From NCBI GenBank assembly GCA_004431415.1, contig QPMI01000199.1, positions 62,001 through 126,000 on the forward strand: DNA of 64,000 nucleotides. The letters run 5' to 3'. This document shows positions 55,116 through 64,000 of the stretch, in pieces. A program made the translations under genes and the position numbers. This stretch comes from Cyanophora paradoxa CCMP329. Its lineage: Eukaryota; Plantae; Glaucophyta. Below the pieces are notes generated by a model, which was not told the DNA's origin, did not search any database, and saw only the letters and a list, made by a program, of their open reading frames with translations. Positions within the stretch are counted from its first letter, which is position 1; every line of letters starts with the position of its first letter.

Positions 55116-56609
55116 ATGAAGACCTGCCTCGCTTTGAGTGGAGGGGGGTCGCGTGGAATAATCGAGGCTGCTATACTGGCACAGATTGAAGCCCAAACCG
55201 GTAAACGAATCCAACAGCTATTCGACTGCTTTGCGGGAACATCCACAGGTGGATTAATCGCGCTCCTATTGAATATCAAGGGAACCGATGGCGCCCCTAA
55301 ATATACTGCCACTGATATTCTTGCGCTCTACAAAGCGAAACTACCGCTGATTTTTGCGAATCCACGAGTGCTTACATCGATTGTGCAACGCCCCAAGTAT
55401 GAAGCAACGAATTTAGAAGCTGTGGCTCTGGAACTCTGCGGCTCAGCGACCATGGCGGATCTCTACAAACCCACCATAGTAACTGCGTTCGACACGGTTC
55501 AAATGTCCCCCGTTTTTATTTCAAGCAACGATGAAGATATTAATGGGATGCTTGTGCGCGATGCTGCAAGGGCTACCTCGGCTGCTCCGACCTATTTCGA
55601 GCCGAAACAAGTCACAGTCGCCGGAAGAACATATTGTTTAATCGATGGTTGCATGAGCGGAAATAATTCGCCCGGGGTTTGTGGCTACACATTCGCCCGC
55701 ACTTTATTCGGAAACTCTTGCGAGGAGGAGCTTATCGTGGTCTCGATTACGGCGGGTCACGTCCAAGACTCTGATAAGGCGACATCTGGATATTCGTATG
55801 ACACTATGAAAAATTGGGGGATCGTGCAATGGATGCTAAGCGCCACAGGATCGCCAATTCTCAGCATGTTCTTAGAGTCGAGCGATCTAAACGCCCACGT
55901 AAAGCTACTGGAACTTTTACCCAGAAACGATGATCAGAATTACGATCGCTACTATAAGCTGAGCGTTCCTTTACCGAAAGATAAAATGACCCTCGATACT
56001 ATCACAACGACGCACCTGCAATATTTGGAAACGGAAGCGCTCGCGTTTGTTTCCGCACAGCAAACGTATTTTAATGCGATGTATTCAGTGCTGACGATGA
56101 ATATCTCAGAGGGCGATGTTCCCATAATTAATCTGTCCGGGTGCACAGATGTAAGCGCACCCCCGGAGTCTAACTGGGTGCCGCTCGATAATAGCGCCTT
56201 TATTGCGGAATTTGGCACAGCTTCTGATGCCCGCTGGTCAAATGCTACGGGATGGGTGGGATTTACAAACCCGCCGCAAGGTAGTAGGTCGGGAGGCAAT
56301 TATTTACGCATTGATTTTCCGCGTCTGTTTATGCTTTCCTCTATAAAAATGAAGCCGGCTGCGAATGGAAACTACATTAAAACGTTTGAGATCGATTACC
56401 AATTAACTCCGGGAGTGTCGGCACTTGTCACATACACAGAAGCCGGCGCGACGAGAGTGTTTACAAATGCAAATCAAATAGCCGGAAGTGCTGATCCCGA
56501 CGAACATTTCTTAGCAAACCCGAGATCTGTGAGAACCCTCGTAATCTGGGTGCTCTCGACGAACGTAGCTTCGGCATGCCGAATAGATTTCGAGGGCTAC
56601 TACGTGTGA
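55116..56609 (+). CDS. Patatin-like phospholipase-F5/8 fusion
   Basis: SGGGSRG, GTSTG, SAAPTYF, IDGC; divergent discoidin tail. Confidence 0.88.
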   Translation: MKTCLALSGGGSRGIIEAAILAQIEAQTGKRIQQLFDCFAGTSTGGLIALLLNIKGTDGAPKYTATDILALYKAKLPLIFANPRVLTSIVQRPKYEATNLEAVALELCGSATMADLYKPTIVTAFDTVQMSPVFISSNDEDINGMLVRDAARATSAAPTYFEPKQVTVAGRTYCLIDGCMSGNNSPGVCGYTFARTLFGNSCEEELIVVSITAGHVQDSDKATSGYSYDTMKNWGIVQWMLSATGSPILSMFLESSDLNAHVKLLELLPRNDDQNYDRYYKLSVPLPKDKMTLDTITTTHLQYLETEALAFVSAQQTYFNAMYSVLTMNISEGDVPIINLSGCTDVSAPPESNWVPLDNSAFIAEFGTASDARWSNATGWVGFTNPPQGSRSGGNYLRIDFPRLFMLSSIKMKPAANGNYIKTFEIDYQLTPGVSALVTYTEAGATRVFTNANQIAGSADPDEHFLANPRSVRTLVIWVLSTNVASACRIDFEGYYV

Positions 56610-56616
56610 ACAGCGC

Positions 56617-57462
56617 TTAGTCGGTAATCACTTCCAGCTGGAACGAGAATGAGAGACCGTTTATATCCGCAACAGAGCCCCGCCATTTTCGAAGCGAAAT
56701 TGTGAGACGATCTAAATCGAGTTGCGATGTGACATTTACGAAAGGGATGCTTGCGCTCGGTTCGTGGTAAAAGGAATATCTACCAAAGTCCGAGTTCATC
56801 TGAATTCGCAATAGATAGGAGTCGTCGACATTGTTCAGTCTACCTGTAACCGCTGCGAATTTGGTAAAAGGGCGGAGCTCTTCGATATCAAGGTAAATAT
56901 ATGGAATTGCATTAAAGTCGACCATTTTCGGGCATATAATCGCGTAGCGACTGGGGTAATCTCTGAGTGGAACCGGCACTGGTTCTGGTGTGCTGGTGTA
57001 AACCACTCCGGGTTCTATGCCGAGACAATCACAGAACTCCTGGTCTGAGGACTCTAATGTAAACGGGCTATTCGGAGAAGAGAACACGAACCGGTTGGTA
57101 GACAGAGCGAGAGAATAGGAAACGGGGAAGAGACCGAGAGGATTAAAAGAACCGCCTGAAAAACCGAGTAAAGCATCACTGTTTAAAGCTCTCTCTTTCG
57201 GATATCGTTCGTTATCAGCATCGACGTAATAATAATCGTTTACGCTGGGAATCGGTGCTATCATTTTGGATGCGGGGATTACTGTGGGCTCTTCGTTCAA
57301 AAGCGTTATAGTTATTGTCTGATCGGGCGGAACAACATAAGAGCTATTGGGAATCTCAGCTGATAGCACACGAAATCGCCTTACATTATTAAGGCGCGTT
57401 TTCAAGTGCAGCACGCCGTTTTCAAGGTCTCTACTGTCGCAATTTATTGTTATTCTTTTCAT
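56617..57462 (-). CDS. Minor capsid protein 2
   Basis: INCDSRD...SAEIPNS...DINGLSFSFQLEV; homolog of 43995-44927. Confidence 0.75.
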   Translation of the reverse strand: MKRITINCDSRDLENGVLHLKTRLNNVRRFRVLSAEIPNSSYVVPPDQTITITLLNEEPTVIPASKMIAPIPSVNDYYYVDADNERYPKERALNSDALLGFSGGSFNPLGLFPVSYSLALSTNRFVFSSPNSPFTLESSDQEFCDCLGIEPGVVYTSTPEPVPVPLRDYPSRYAIICPKMVDFNAIPYIYLDIEELRPFTKFAAVTGRLNNVDDSYLLRIQMNSDFGRYSFYHEPSASIPFVNVTSQLDLDRLTISLRKWRGSVADINGLSFSFQLEVITD

Positions 57463-57478
57463 AATCTATTATAGTAAG

Positions 57479-58404
57479 ATGAAAGAATACCTGAGCTTTT
57501 CGAGCGATGATCGCGATGAGGAGTTTACTCAGCCAAACCAGTATGTAGTGACATTACCCCGTCGCTATGACAACGTAAAATCGGTGCGCCTGGTGCAGGC
57601 AACGGTTCCCAATGTTCTTTCGACCGTGACAAACGATATAGACGCCACTGGTGCAACCATCGAGCGCATGGAACTCTATTTCTCGGTCACAGCTTCGGAT
57701 TCCGGATTCGTGACCATCACAATCCCAAAGGATTTTACACCAAAGACGACCTTGCCGCAAAAGTCACAGAAAGACTCGAAGCAGCTCGCCTTTCAGATTT
57801 CGGTGGAAAATATATTAAATGCCGCTATAATACTACTTCAAAGATCTATGAGTTTTTCAGTGATAGTAACTTTTGGTTCAAGTTCTCCAAAGCTTCCCCT
57901 GAAACACTCAGAAAATCCAGTAATCGCAAAGCAATCGCTAAGAAACTCGCAATATTCGGTTTCAAAGATATTCAACTATATGTTTACGAGACATTTACCC
58001 CTCTTGCAAGCGATACATTCCTTGTGTTTAATCCTGGGACGGGAACTGTGACACTCAATCGACGCATTCGCGGCTATACTCGTGGAGATGAGACCCCGGC
58101 GGCGATGATCTGGCTATATATTGACGAATTTGCGCCGTTTATTCGCTCAGTCAACAAGCACGTCGATGGTTATTTCATGCGCATTCCAATCCCACAGGAA
58201 CTCGAACATGGTGATATCTACCACTTCGACACGTCCACTACGGTGCCTCTCATTCGTGAATTCCGCGAATTAAAATCGTTCGACCGCTTGACGATTAAAC
58301 TCATCGACCATGATGGCGCTCTCTTAGATTTCGGGGTTTGGGCGCATTATTTCACTTTTGAAATCGAAACCTACGACGCACCGCCCGAAATGAATTTCTA
58401 CTAA
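57479..58404 (+). CDS. Minor capsid protein 1 (frameshifted)
   Basis: YDNVKSVRLVQATVPN in first ORF; LIDHDGALLDFG...FTFEI in second; homolog of 42955-43965. Confidence 0.7.
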
Positions 58405-58451
58405 GCCCTTTAAATTATTTTCTGATCCCAAAGATAAGAGAAGAAACGCTC

Positions 58452-59765
58452 ATGGAGACTAACAGCCAATTCCAGCGCCCAACGCTGAAATCTATGCTCA
58501 CCACCGATGACTACAAGGATTATTTCCTAAACAAGTCGCTGGTCATTGGAACGTCCTCTGGCACTAAGCCACTTCGAGTTCTGGTCGCCCCCGATACCGA
58601 ACCAACCAATGCCCTCGGTAACCGAGTAGTTTTCAAGATCCCCCGCTACCATTTCCTGAATGGTCTCGCGCTGCAACTCGACCTTAACCCGATCACCCTC
58701 ACTGATCTCACGAATGGTGTCGCTGGAACTACTGGCTACCTTCGCGTTATTGGATCGTTAATTAAGCGCATTGAAATCTCTCACGCTTCATTCCGCTATG
58801 TTGTCCCGGAAGATTTCGTCACCCAGTATTTTCTACTGATGACTGAACAGGGCGAACTCGATAAGAAACTTCGCTATGTGGGTGGTCTTGTCGGAACCGC
58901 TGGTAACACTGTCGGTGGAACCTACGAAATCGATTTACCCTCTCCTTTCGAGAAGGCGATGTTCCCACTTTGCGCTCTGAACTCTGAGATCACAGTAGAA
59001 ATCGAATTCAAGGCGCAAGGGGATGGTATCATTGAGGATGTAAACAATGTTGCTAATATTGCGGTAACCAACAATGGCGCTTCCCTTCAAGTGCTGAAAC
59101 CCCGCGTTATTTGCAAGGTCGTAAATGCCGATGAGGCGGTTGTATCTGAGACCATTGCCCGTGTTAAATCGACTGGCATCGCGATCCCCTACAACGAAAT
59201 CGGTTTCCTACACACAGATTTCCAGCCGACCGCCTCCGGTTCGCGAGTCAATCTCTCGCAACTCACAGGTGCGGGTCTCATCCACACTCTCGTATTCTCT
59301 GTGCGCCAAAACGCGAAGACGAAGGTGAACAATGGAACTCTCTCGGTTCTGGCTCCTCGTGCGCTCAGAACCAACGCCGTAAGCTTCTATGTGGAACTCA
59401 ACAATAACCGCCTTTACTCGAATACTTCGCTTCCTCTCATGATTGCCGCGACCGAACTTCAAGATAAATATAATTCGGCGATCTTTACCGAGAGCACAAG
59501 CTACCCCGCTCTCACTGGCATTTACTTCGGTGCTGGAAACGGAAAGGCGTCGCTTCTCAACCAAGAGAACACGGGCTACATCGATGCCACAGGCACATCG
59601 GCGTTCGATCTGGTCTTCGAATTCAACGGTGTCACAACGGCAGCCGAAGGTTCATCAGAATGGTATGCGGGTGCCGCTTATCAGAAGATGCAAATTCAGT
59701 GCATTGCCCTTGCTCATAACATAATGATAATTGGTGCCGACGGAATCAGGCGTGTAAGTAGCTAA
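58452..59765 (+). CDS. Major capsid protein
   Basis: Full-length homolog of B MCP (GNRVVFKIPRY, VKSTGIAIP, RVNLSQ). Confidence 0.8.
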   Translation: METNSQFQRPTLKSMLTTDDYKDYFLNKSLVIGTSSGTKPLRVLVAPDTEPTNALGNRVVFKIPRYHFLNGLALQLDLNPITLTDLTNGVAGTTGYLRVIGSLIKRIEISHASFRYVVPEDFVTQYFLLMTEQGELDKKLRYVGGLVGTAGNTVGGTYEIDLPSPFEKAMFPLCALNSEITVEIEFKAQGDGIIEDVNNVANIAVTNNGASLQVLKPRVICKVVNADEAVVSETIARVKSTGIAIPYNEIGFLHTDFQPTASGSRVNLSQLTGAGLIHTLVFSVRQNAKTKVNNGTLSVLAPRALRTNAVSFYVELNNNRLYSNTSLPLMIAATELQDKYNSAIFTESTSYPALTGIYFGAGNGKASLLNQENTGYIDATGTSAFDLVFEFNGVTTAAEGSSEWYAGAAYQKMQIQCIALAHNIMIIGADGIRRVSS

Positions 59766-59823
59766 GGAATTCGTGCGATTACCACATTCAGTCTTATTTT
59801 TCTATTGTTTTTATAGTGAAAGA

Positions 59824-60690
59824 ATGCAAAAAGGGACGACGCCCATAGATCTTGAAGAATGGAACCCGAAACAGAGGGTGAAACTTCCCGCACGATTTCT
59901 CCTATTGGCGAAAACCAATTGTGGTAAATCGGTATTCTTAAAGTGGCTGATCAAAGAACTCGAAGACCAGATCTCATACGTTCTGGTCTTTTGTCCAACG
60001 AGTTTCAACGGTTTCTGGGGACAAATTACAGACGAAGTGCATGACACCTGGAAACCGGAATATGTAGAGTCGATCATAGAAGCCCGCAAAAAAGCCATCA
60101 TTGCGGGTAAGAAACCAAAGAATATTCTCATTGTGCTCGACGATTGTTTGGAGTCCGGAACGATCGATCTTTCGCGCGATCATTTGCTAAATAAATTGAT
60201 GGCGCAAGGTCGTCATACTTTTTGCAGCGTGGCTTTAATATCGCAGAAACTAACAAAGCTTTCAACGATCATTCGCAGCAATGCGGAGTATATCATATTC
60301 CTAAGCTGGTCAAACATGCGAGAGTTTGAAGCATATCACGAAGAGTTCGGGAACATGGATAAAGAGAGTTTTAAGCGCATGTTCCAAGAATTCTGTCATA
60401 GCTACCAAGCGATCATTCACGATAATACGGGGTATTCTGTGCGATGGTGGGTCGAAAAAGCCGATATGATCGATGACCATCCGTTTACTAAATTCCACAA
60501 GCGGGCGGCTTTTGAAGAAAAGAAGCGCAAACAGCAAGAGGAGCAAGCATCAAAACCGCCGCCTGTCAAAGATTCGACAACTGTATGCAAAACTTTATCC
60601 AAATTTGAGCGTGAGCTTGAAGGTATCCCCAAACTTTCGCAAATTTCGCCCAAGAAAAAGAAAATGTTAATCAAGTGTAAGAAAAGATAA
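59824..60690 (+). CDS. A32-like packaging ATPase
   Basis: AKTNCGKS, IVLDD, QGRH, ISQ, IRSN. Confidence 0.9.
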   Translation: MQKGTTPIDLEEWNPKQRVKLPARFLLLAKTNCGKSVFLKWLIKELEDQISYVLVFCPTSFNGFWGQITDEVHDTWKPEYVESIIEARKKAIIAGKKPKNILIVLDDCLESGTIDLSRDHLLNKLMAQGRHTFCSVALISQKLTKLSTIIRSNAEYIIFLSWSNMREFEAYHEEFGNMDKESFKRMFQEFCHSYQAIIHDNTGYSVRWWVEKADMIDDHPFTKFHKRAAFEEKKRKQQEEQASKPPPVKDSTTVCKTLSKFERELEGIPKLSQISPKKKKMLIKCKKR

Positions 60691-60692
60691 TC

Positions 60693-61376
60693 ATGGTCTA
60701 CCGAAAGAAGCCTCAAACCATTCAAACGGTCGCTTCTGGTAATCCTAATCGCGGACTTGAAGAGTCTGGATTAACGTCGGGCGGCGGTCTCGAAATGCCC
60801 GAATATCTTATAGACACTTCGCCAGAAGAGGTCGCCAAGCAAGAGGCGATTATTGCGAGTGCCACCGCGGACAAGGGAAACCAAGATAGCGGTAAACGCC
60901 AAATGGACGATTTAGCTACTGTAAAACCACAGATTGGAGGCGGCTCCATCGATGAAGCAACCGACAAAGTACTAAAAGCGCAAGTTGTCGCAAGCCAGCA
61001 CAAAACGCAAGACGTCCCAAAAGCCGCCGAAACTGAGCTTAAAAAGCGCGGATCCTATCAAAAACACACGGTTCCTGTCGACGTTGTCATGAGCTTTGAA
61101 GAGAAAGTGCGAGACCTTGAAATGAAAGTGTCAAACTACGAGAAATGGATGCAAGATTATAACGAACGCAAGAAATTAAAGGGGCTCGTGAAGAAAGAGA
61201 TCTCCAAACTCGGATTAAAGCAAAAGGTCGACGTAGAGGAGATTAAAAAGGAGGAAAAGACAGATGCGCAAGCCGTAACGCGTCAGCAATCGGTCGCCCC
61301 GCAATATGCACATATAGTGCCGACTGCACCAGCGAATTTCGCGGCAATGCTCGGTGGTAAACGCCATATCCGCTAA
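60693..61376 (+). CDS. Conserved hypothetical protein
   Basis: Homolog of 39923-40657. Confidence 0.7.
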   Translation: MVYRKKPQTIQTVASGNPNRGLEESGLTSGGGLEMPEYLIDTSPEEVAKQEAIIASATADKGNQDSGKRQMDDLATVKPQIGGGSIDEATDKVLKAQVVASQHKTQDVPKAAETELKKRGSYQKHTVPVDVVMSFEEKVRDLEMKVSNYEKWMQDYNERKKLKGLVKKEISKLGLKQKVDVEEIKKEEKTDAQAVTRQQSVAPQYAHIVPTAPANFAAMLGGKRHIR

Positions 61377-61525
61377 TGGCTGTGAATATCCGCAAGGCAA
61401 AGCTGAACCCGCCCGTATTTAGAGCGTGTCTTAATGTGAATGCCCTTGCAAAACGGGCACGTCGGCTCCATAAACAGCATTATAAGGTCGACCAACTCAT
61501 AAGGAAACACACGAGCAAGCAATAG
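61376..61525 (+). CDS. 49-aa basic peptide (below ORF-track cutoff)
   Basis: TAATG stop/start overlap; MAVNIRKAKLNPP...KRARRLHK. Confidence 0.35.
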   Translation: MAVNIRKAKLNPPVFRACLNVNALAKRARRLHKQHYKVDQLIRKHTSKQ

Positions 61526-61580
61526 CCTCATTCCCTTTTATTTTCTCACATATTTAATACGTTGTCCAATTGTAGGATTG

Positions 61581-61970
61581 ATGAATTTCATCACACAATG
61601 CATTGAGATGTTTCAGCTTCATGTCGTGTCTAATTGTCACAGTCCCTGCTGCGATACAACCGTGGAGGTTGACATATCTGATGGCGAAGAGAATGGAGAT
61701 AGGCGCCTTTCTGTTATTTCGACCACTCACACGAACACCCCCACAAGATCACGAAGAGGGTCACCTGCGCCACCTCACACTAACACCCCTCCAAAATCAC
61801 GAAGAGGGTCGCCTGCCCCGGTAGCTGCCCAAATAGAGGATGTGCATATAGAGTTTATAAGGAGGCGCTTATATCCTCACATAGTAAATGGTCATTTTCG
61901 CGCTGACTCGCCATTGCCAACATTGGAGCGAATGGCATCAGAAAGCGATGAAGAATGGAAAGGATATTAA
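61581..61970 (+). CDS. Small CxSxCC protein with duplicated HTNTP..SRRGSPAP
   Basis: Homolog of 39628-39900. Confidence 0.7.
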   Translation: MNFITQCIEMFQLHVVSNCHSPCCDTTVEVDISDGEENGDRRLSVISTTHTNTPTRSRRGSPAPPHTNTPPKSRRGSPAPVAAQIEDVHIEFIRRRLYPHIVNGHFRADSPLPTLERMASESDEEWKGY

Positions 61971-62001
61971 TTTTTGTGGTGCTGTTATCGCTCCGAGCGC
62001 A

Positions 62002-62009
62002 AAAATTGA
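62002..62009 (+). promoter_or_regulatory. AAAATTGA motif
   Basis: Intergenic, 77 nt upstream of ATG 62087. Confidence 0.45.
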
Positions 62010-62086
62010 AGGTTTCGGTAAAAGGTATATAAGGGCAAGGGAAATAATACAGAGTGACAAAAAACTATTTTCTCCGGTTATAGTAA

Positions 62087-62500
62087 ATGGCGAAACCCAA
62101 GATTTCAAACCAAGAGGCAATGGCGGCACAGCAGGAAAAGCGCAGACCCGGGCGACCGAAAAAGGTGATTTCAGAAGAGGAGAAGGCGGAGAGATTAAGA
62201 TTAAAACGCGAGAAAGATGCCGAGCGGCAGCGAAACAAGCATCAGAGACAGAAACAGGAGCGATTAGCCGCCGGAGAGGCTACGATATTCACCCCGGAGC
62301 AGCTACAAAAGATTGCAATTCGTAAACAGCAGCGATACCAAGACGATGAAGAGTATCGGGAGAAAATCCGAGAGAAGGCACGTGAATACCAACGCAGAAA
62401 GAGAGCGGAACGCAAGCTGAACCCACCCGCTAAACCTCAGCCGCAAAAGCCAGCTGGAAGACCCCGAAAGCATGTGGTCGAGAACGCGAAAAATTCGTAG
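62087..62500 (+). CDS. Basic protein with two AT-hook-like GRP motifs
   Basis: RRPGRPKK and AGRPRK; homolog of 38920-39246. Confidence 0.7.
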   Translation: MAKPKISNQEAMAAQQEKRRPGRPKKVISEEEKAERLRLKREKDAERQRNKHQRQKQERLAAGEATIFTPEQLQKIAIRKQQRYQDDEEYREKIREKAREYQRRKRAERKLNPPAKPQPQKPAGRPRKHVVENAKNS

Positions 62501-62669
62501 CGAAAAGTACCGTACGATGCAAAAAATGATTAATTTTTTTACCTCCCTTTTTATTCCCCGTATCGTTCAAAAAAGCACTTAAAGAATTGGCGACAAGGGT
62601 ATGAAAAGGAGAATTTGGTAGATTGCGCCGAAATTATTTTCTCCGGTTATTTTAAAAGAACTAATAGAG

Positions 62670-64000
62670 ATGCCGCGCGCAACCAACAGAATCGCTAACA
62701 ATGTTCGGGATGAAATTATCGGATACATTATGCAGGGATTGAGTCAGGATTTGCTAACCGAAGAACAGGCGCATTGGGCGATGCACAACACAATGAATCG
62801 GAAGCCCAAGCTCCAAACGCTGATCGACATTCGGGACACTCTGAAAGGCATCATTAATCCCCGCGTTTTCCGCAGGGCAGAGCGGAAAGAGAAGCGCGCC
62901 GCTCGCACCCAAGTTAATATAGAAAAGCAAAAGCAAAAAGAACAAGAGGCGAAGCGTTTACAGCGCTTCGATCGCAAACAAGAACAGAAACGGGCGAAAG
63001 AAGCGAAGCTCCAAGCGAAGCAATTCAAAGGACAGCTAAAAGCGGTAGAGGATGCGATTAAACGCACTATTCTCGATCCAATCGCCCAATATGATCCGGA
63101 AACTCTCGCAACAATTACGTTCAAGATGTGGGCACCTGGATCCGGTGCTCGGTCGTCGGAGGTAATTGTTATTCCCGGAATTCCCGGAACATATATAAAA
63201 GACAAAACCTTTGTCACCTACCAGAATATAAGAGAGACAGTTTCGGTGAGGGTGTTGCGAAACTTTGCTCTGGCAAAGATCGATAGAGTGTATGGAATTC
63301 TCACCGCTCAAAATCGTTATTATTCGGAAGAGAGAGATTCAATCTTCGATTTACTCGAAAACTACGATGAATTGAAGATTGGTCTGGGAACTTTCGGACA
63401 AGCATACGAGATGTTCTTCTTTAAGACACCACCAACCGAGGAACAGAAAAAACTACGCAAAGGTTTCGATGATTTTGGCGGCAGTGTCGATGATGCCTTT
63501 ATAACTGTTCATGAGGTCGTGATCTATGGGGACGAAGGTGTCGAAGATGACGGAGCCGGTGCTATACCTGGAAATCGCTATGCGTTTCTGGATGAGGAGC
63601 TAATGGACAGTATGCGATGCACCGCGATTATGAGCAAATTCACAGACTACACATTAAATCCAAACGCGTCTGAGTTCGAAGATGTTATTGAGCTTCCCAA
63701 ATCATCGACATCTAACGCTTGCGGCTACGATATGATCATCTCCACATGGGGAGCGTCCATTAAGAAGTGTCAGGAGGCGCCAAAACCGCGATATACTGAC
63801 TTAACTATGTCGTACGACGGTCTCTATAAATTCTTTCACGGTCGTGAACGCACACCTGACGACTCTCTGGCTCTCACCCTCCGCCATATCGAGAAATTCT
63901 GTAAGAGAATTCAGACAGGCTTCCGCGTCTTTGATGTCGACGGAAAGTTAATATACAAATTCGCGGCAGAATCAATTAACAAAAATATCAATCCCCGTAA
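62670..64000 (+). CDS. Large ORF running off the window, probable replication protein (absent from ORF track)
   Basis: MPRATNRIANNVRDEIIG...RKPKLQTLIDI resembles N-terminus of A/B PolB; no stop found to window end by manual translation. Confidence 0.65.
   Translation, partial: MPRATNRIANNVRDEIIGYIMQGLSQDLLTEEQAHWAMHNTMNRKPKLQTLIDIRDTLKGIINPRVFRRAERKEKRAARTQVNIEKQKQKEQEAKRLQRFDRKQEQKRAKEAKLQAKQFKGQLKAVEDAIKRTILDPIAQYDPETLATITFKMWAPGSGARSSEVIVIPGIPGTYIKDKTFVTYQNIRETVSVRVLRNFALAKIDRVYGILTAQNRYYSEERDSIFDLLENYDELKIGLGTFGQAYEMFFFKTPPTEEQKKLRKGFDDFGGSVDDAFITVHEVVIYGDEGVEDDGAGAIPGNRYAFLDEELMDSMRCTAIMSKFTDYTLNPNASEFEDVIELPKSSTSNACGYDMIISTWGASIKKCQEAPKPRYTDLTMSYDGLYKFFHGRERTPDDSLALTLRHIEKFCKRIQTGFRVFDVDGKLIYKFAAESINKNINPR

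Larger units (their letters stand above)
46769..64000. mobile_element. Endogenous Polinton-like virus C (continues beyond window)
   Basis: Begins with AG at the B truncation point; ~500-bp repeat-rich terminus; fibre cassette, patatin, two mCPs, MCP, ATPase in mirror synteny with B. Confidence 0.8.

Noticed and set aside
55073-55312. N-terminal extension of the 1321-aa ORF (similarly for ORFs starting 16827, 13838, 42943, 59773)
   Set aside because: Overlaps neighbouring genes or spacers; homolog alignment supports downstream ATGs.

Overview
Eukaryotic-looking genomic window made almost entirely of nested mobile elements: three related endogenous Polinton-like viruses (PLV/Maverick-type; here A, B, C) and one young Ty3/Gypsy LTR retrotransposon. 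A (<1-~18250) has a PolB, a fibre-gene cassette, a patatin-discoidin fusion, an rve integrase and a SAM decarboxylase, and is decaying (several in-frame stops). The Gypsy element (18424-28924; near-identical ~958-bp LTRs, AAGT target duplication) sits in the terminal repeat region of B. B (~18253-46768) has integrase, intact PolB, GIY-YIG, RING, primase-helicase, packaging ATPase, MCP, two minor capsid proteins and patatin. B is cut inside its first fibre gene, where C (46769->64000) begins in mirror orientation. The most notable shared feature is a module in all three viruses: a patatin phospholipase-F5/8 gene set head-to-head with a cassette of phage-like fibre genes with constant adaptors and variable C1q/lectin tips, one ending in a membrane anchor. 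Also seen: PolBs apparently lacking proofreading motifs, element-specific iteron hairpins, AAAATTGA motifs upstream of genes, and context-specific CG depletion in B. All assignments come from motif reading by eye; no database searches were run and element boundaries are inferred.
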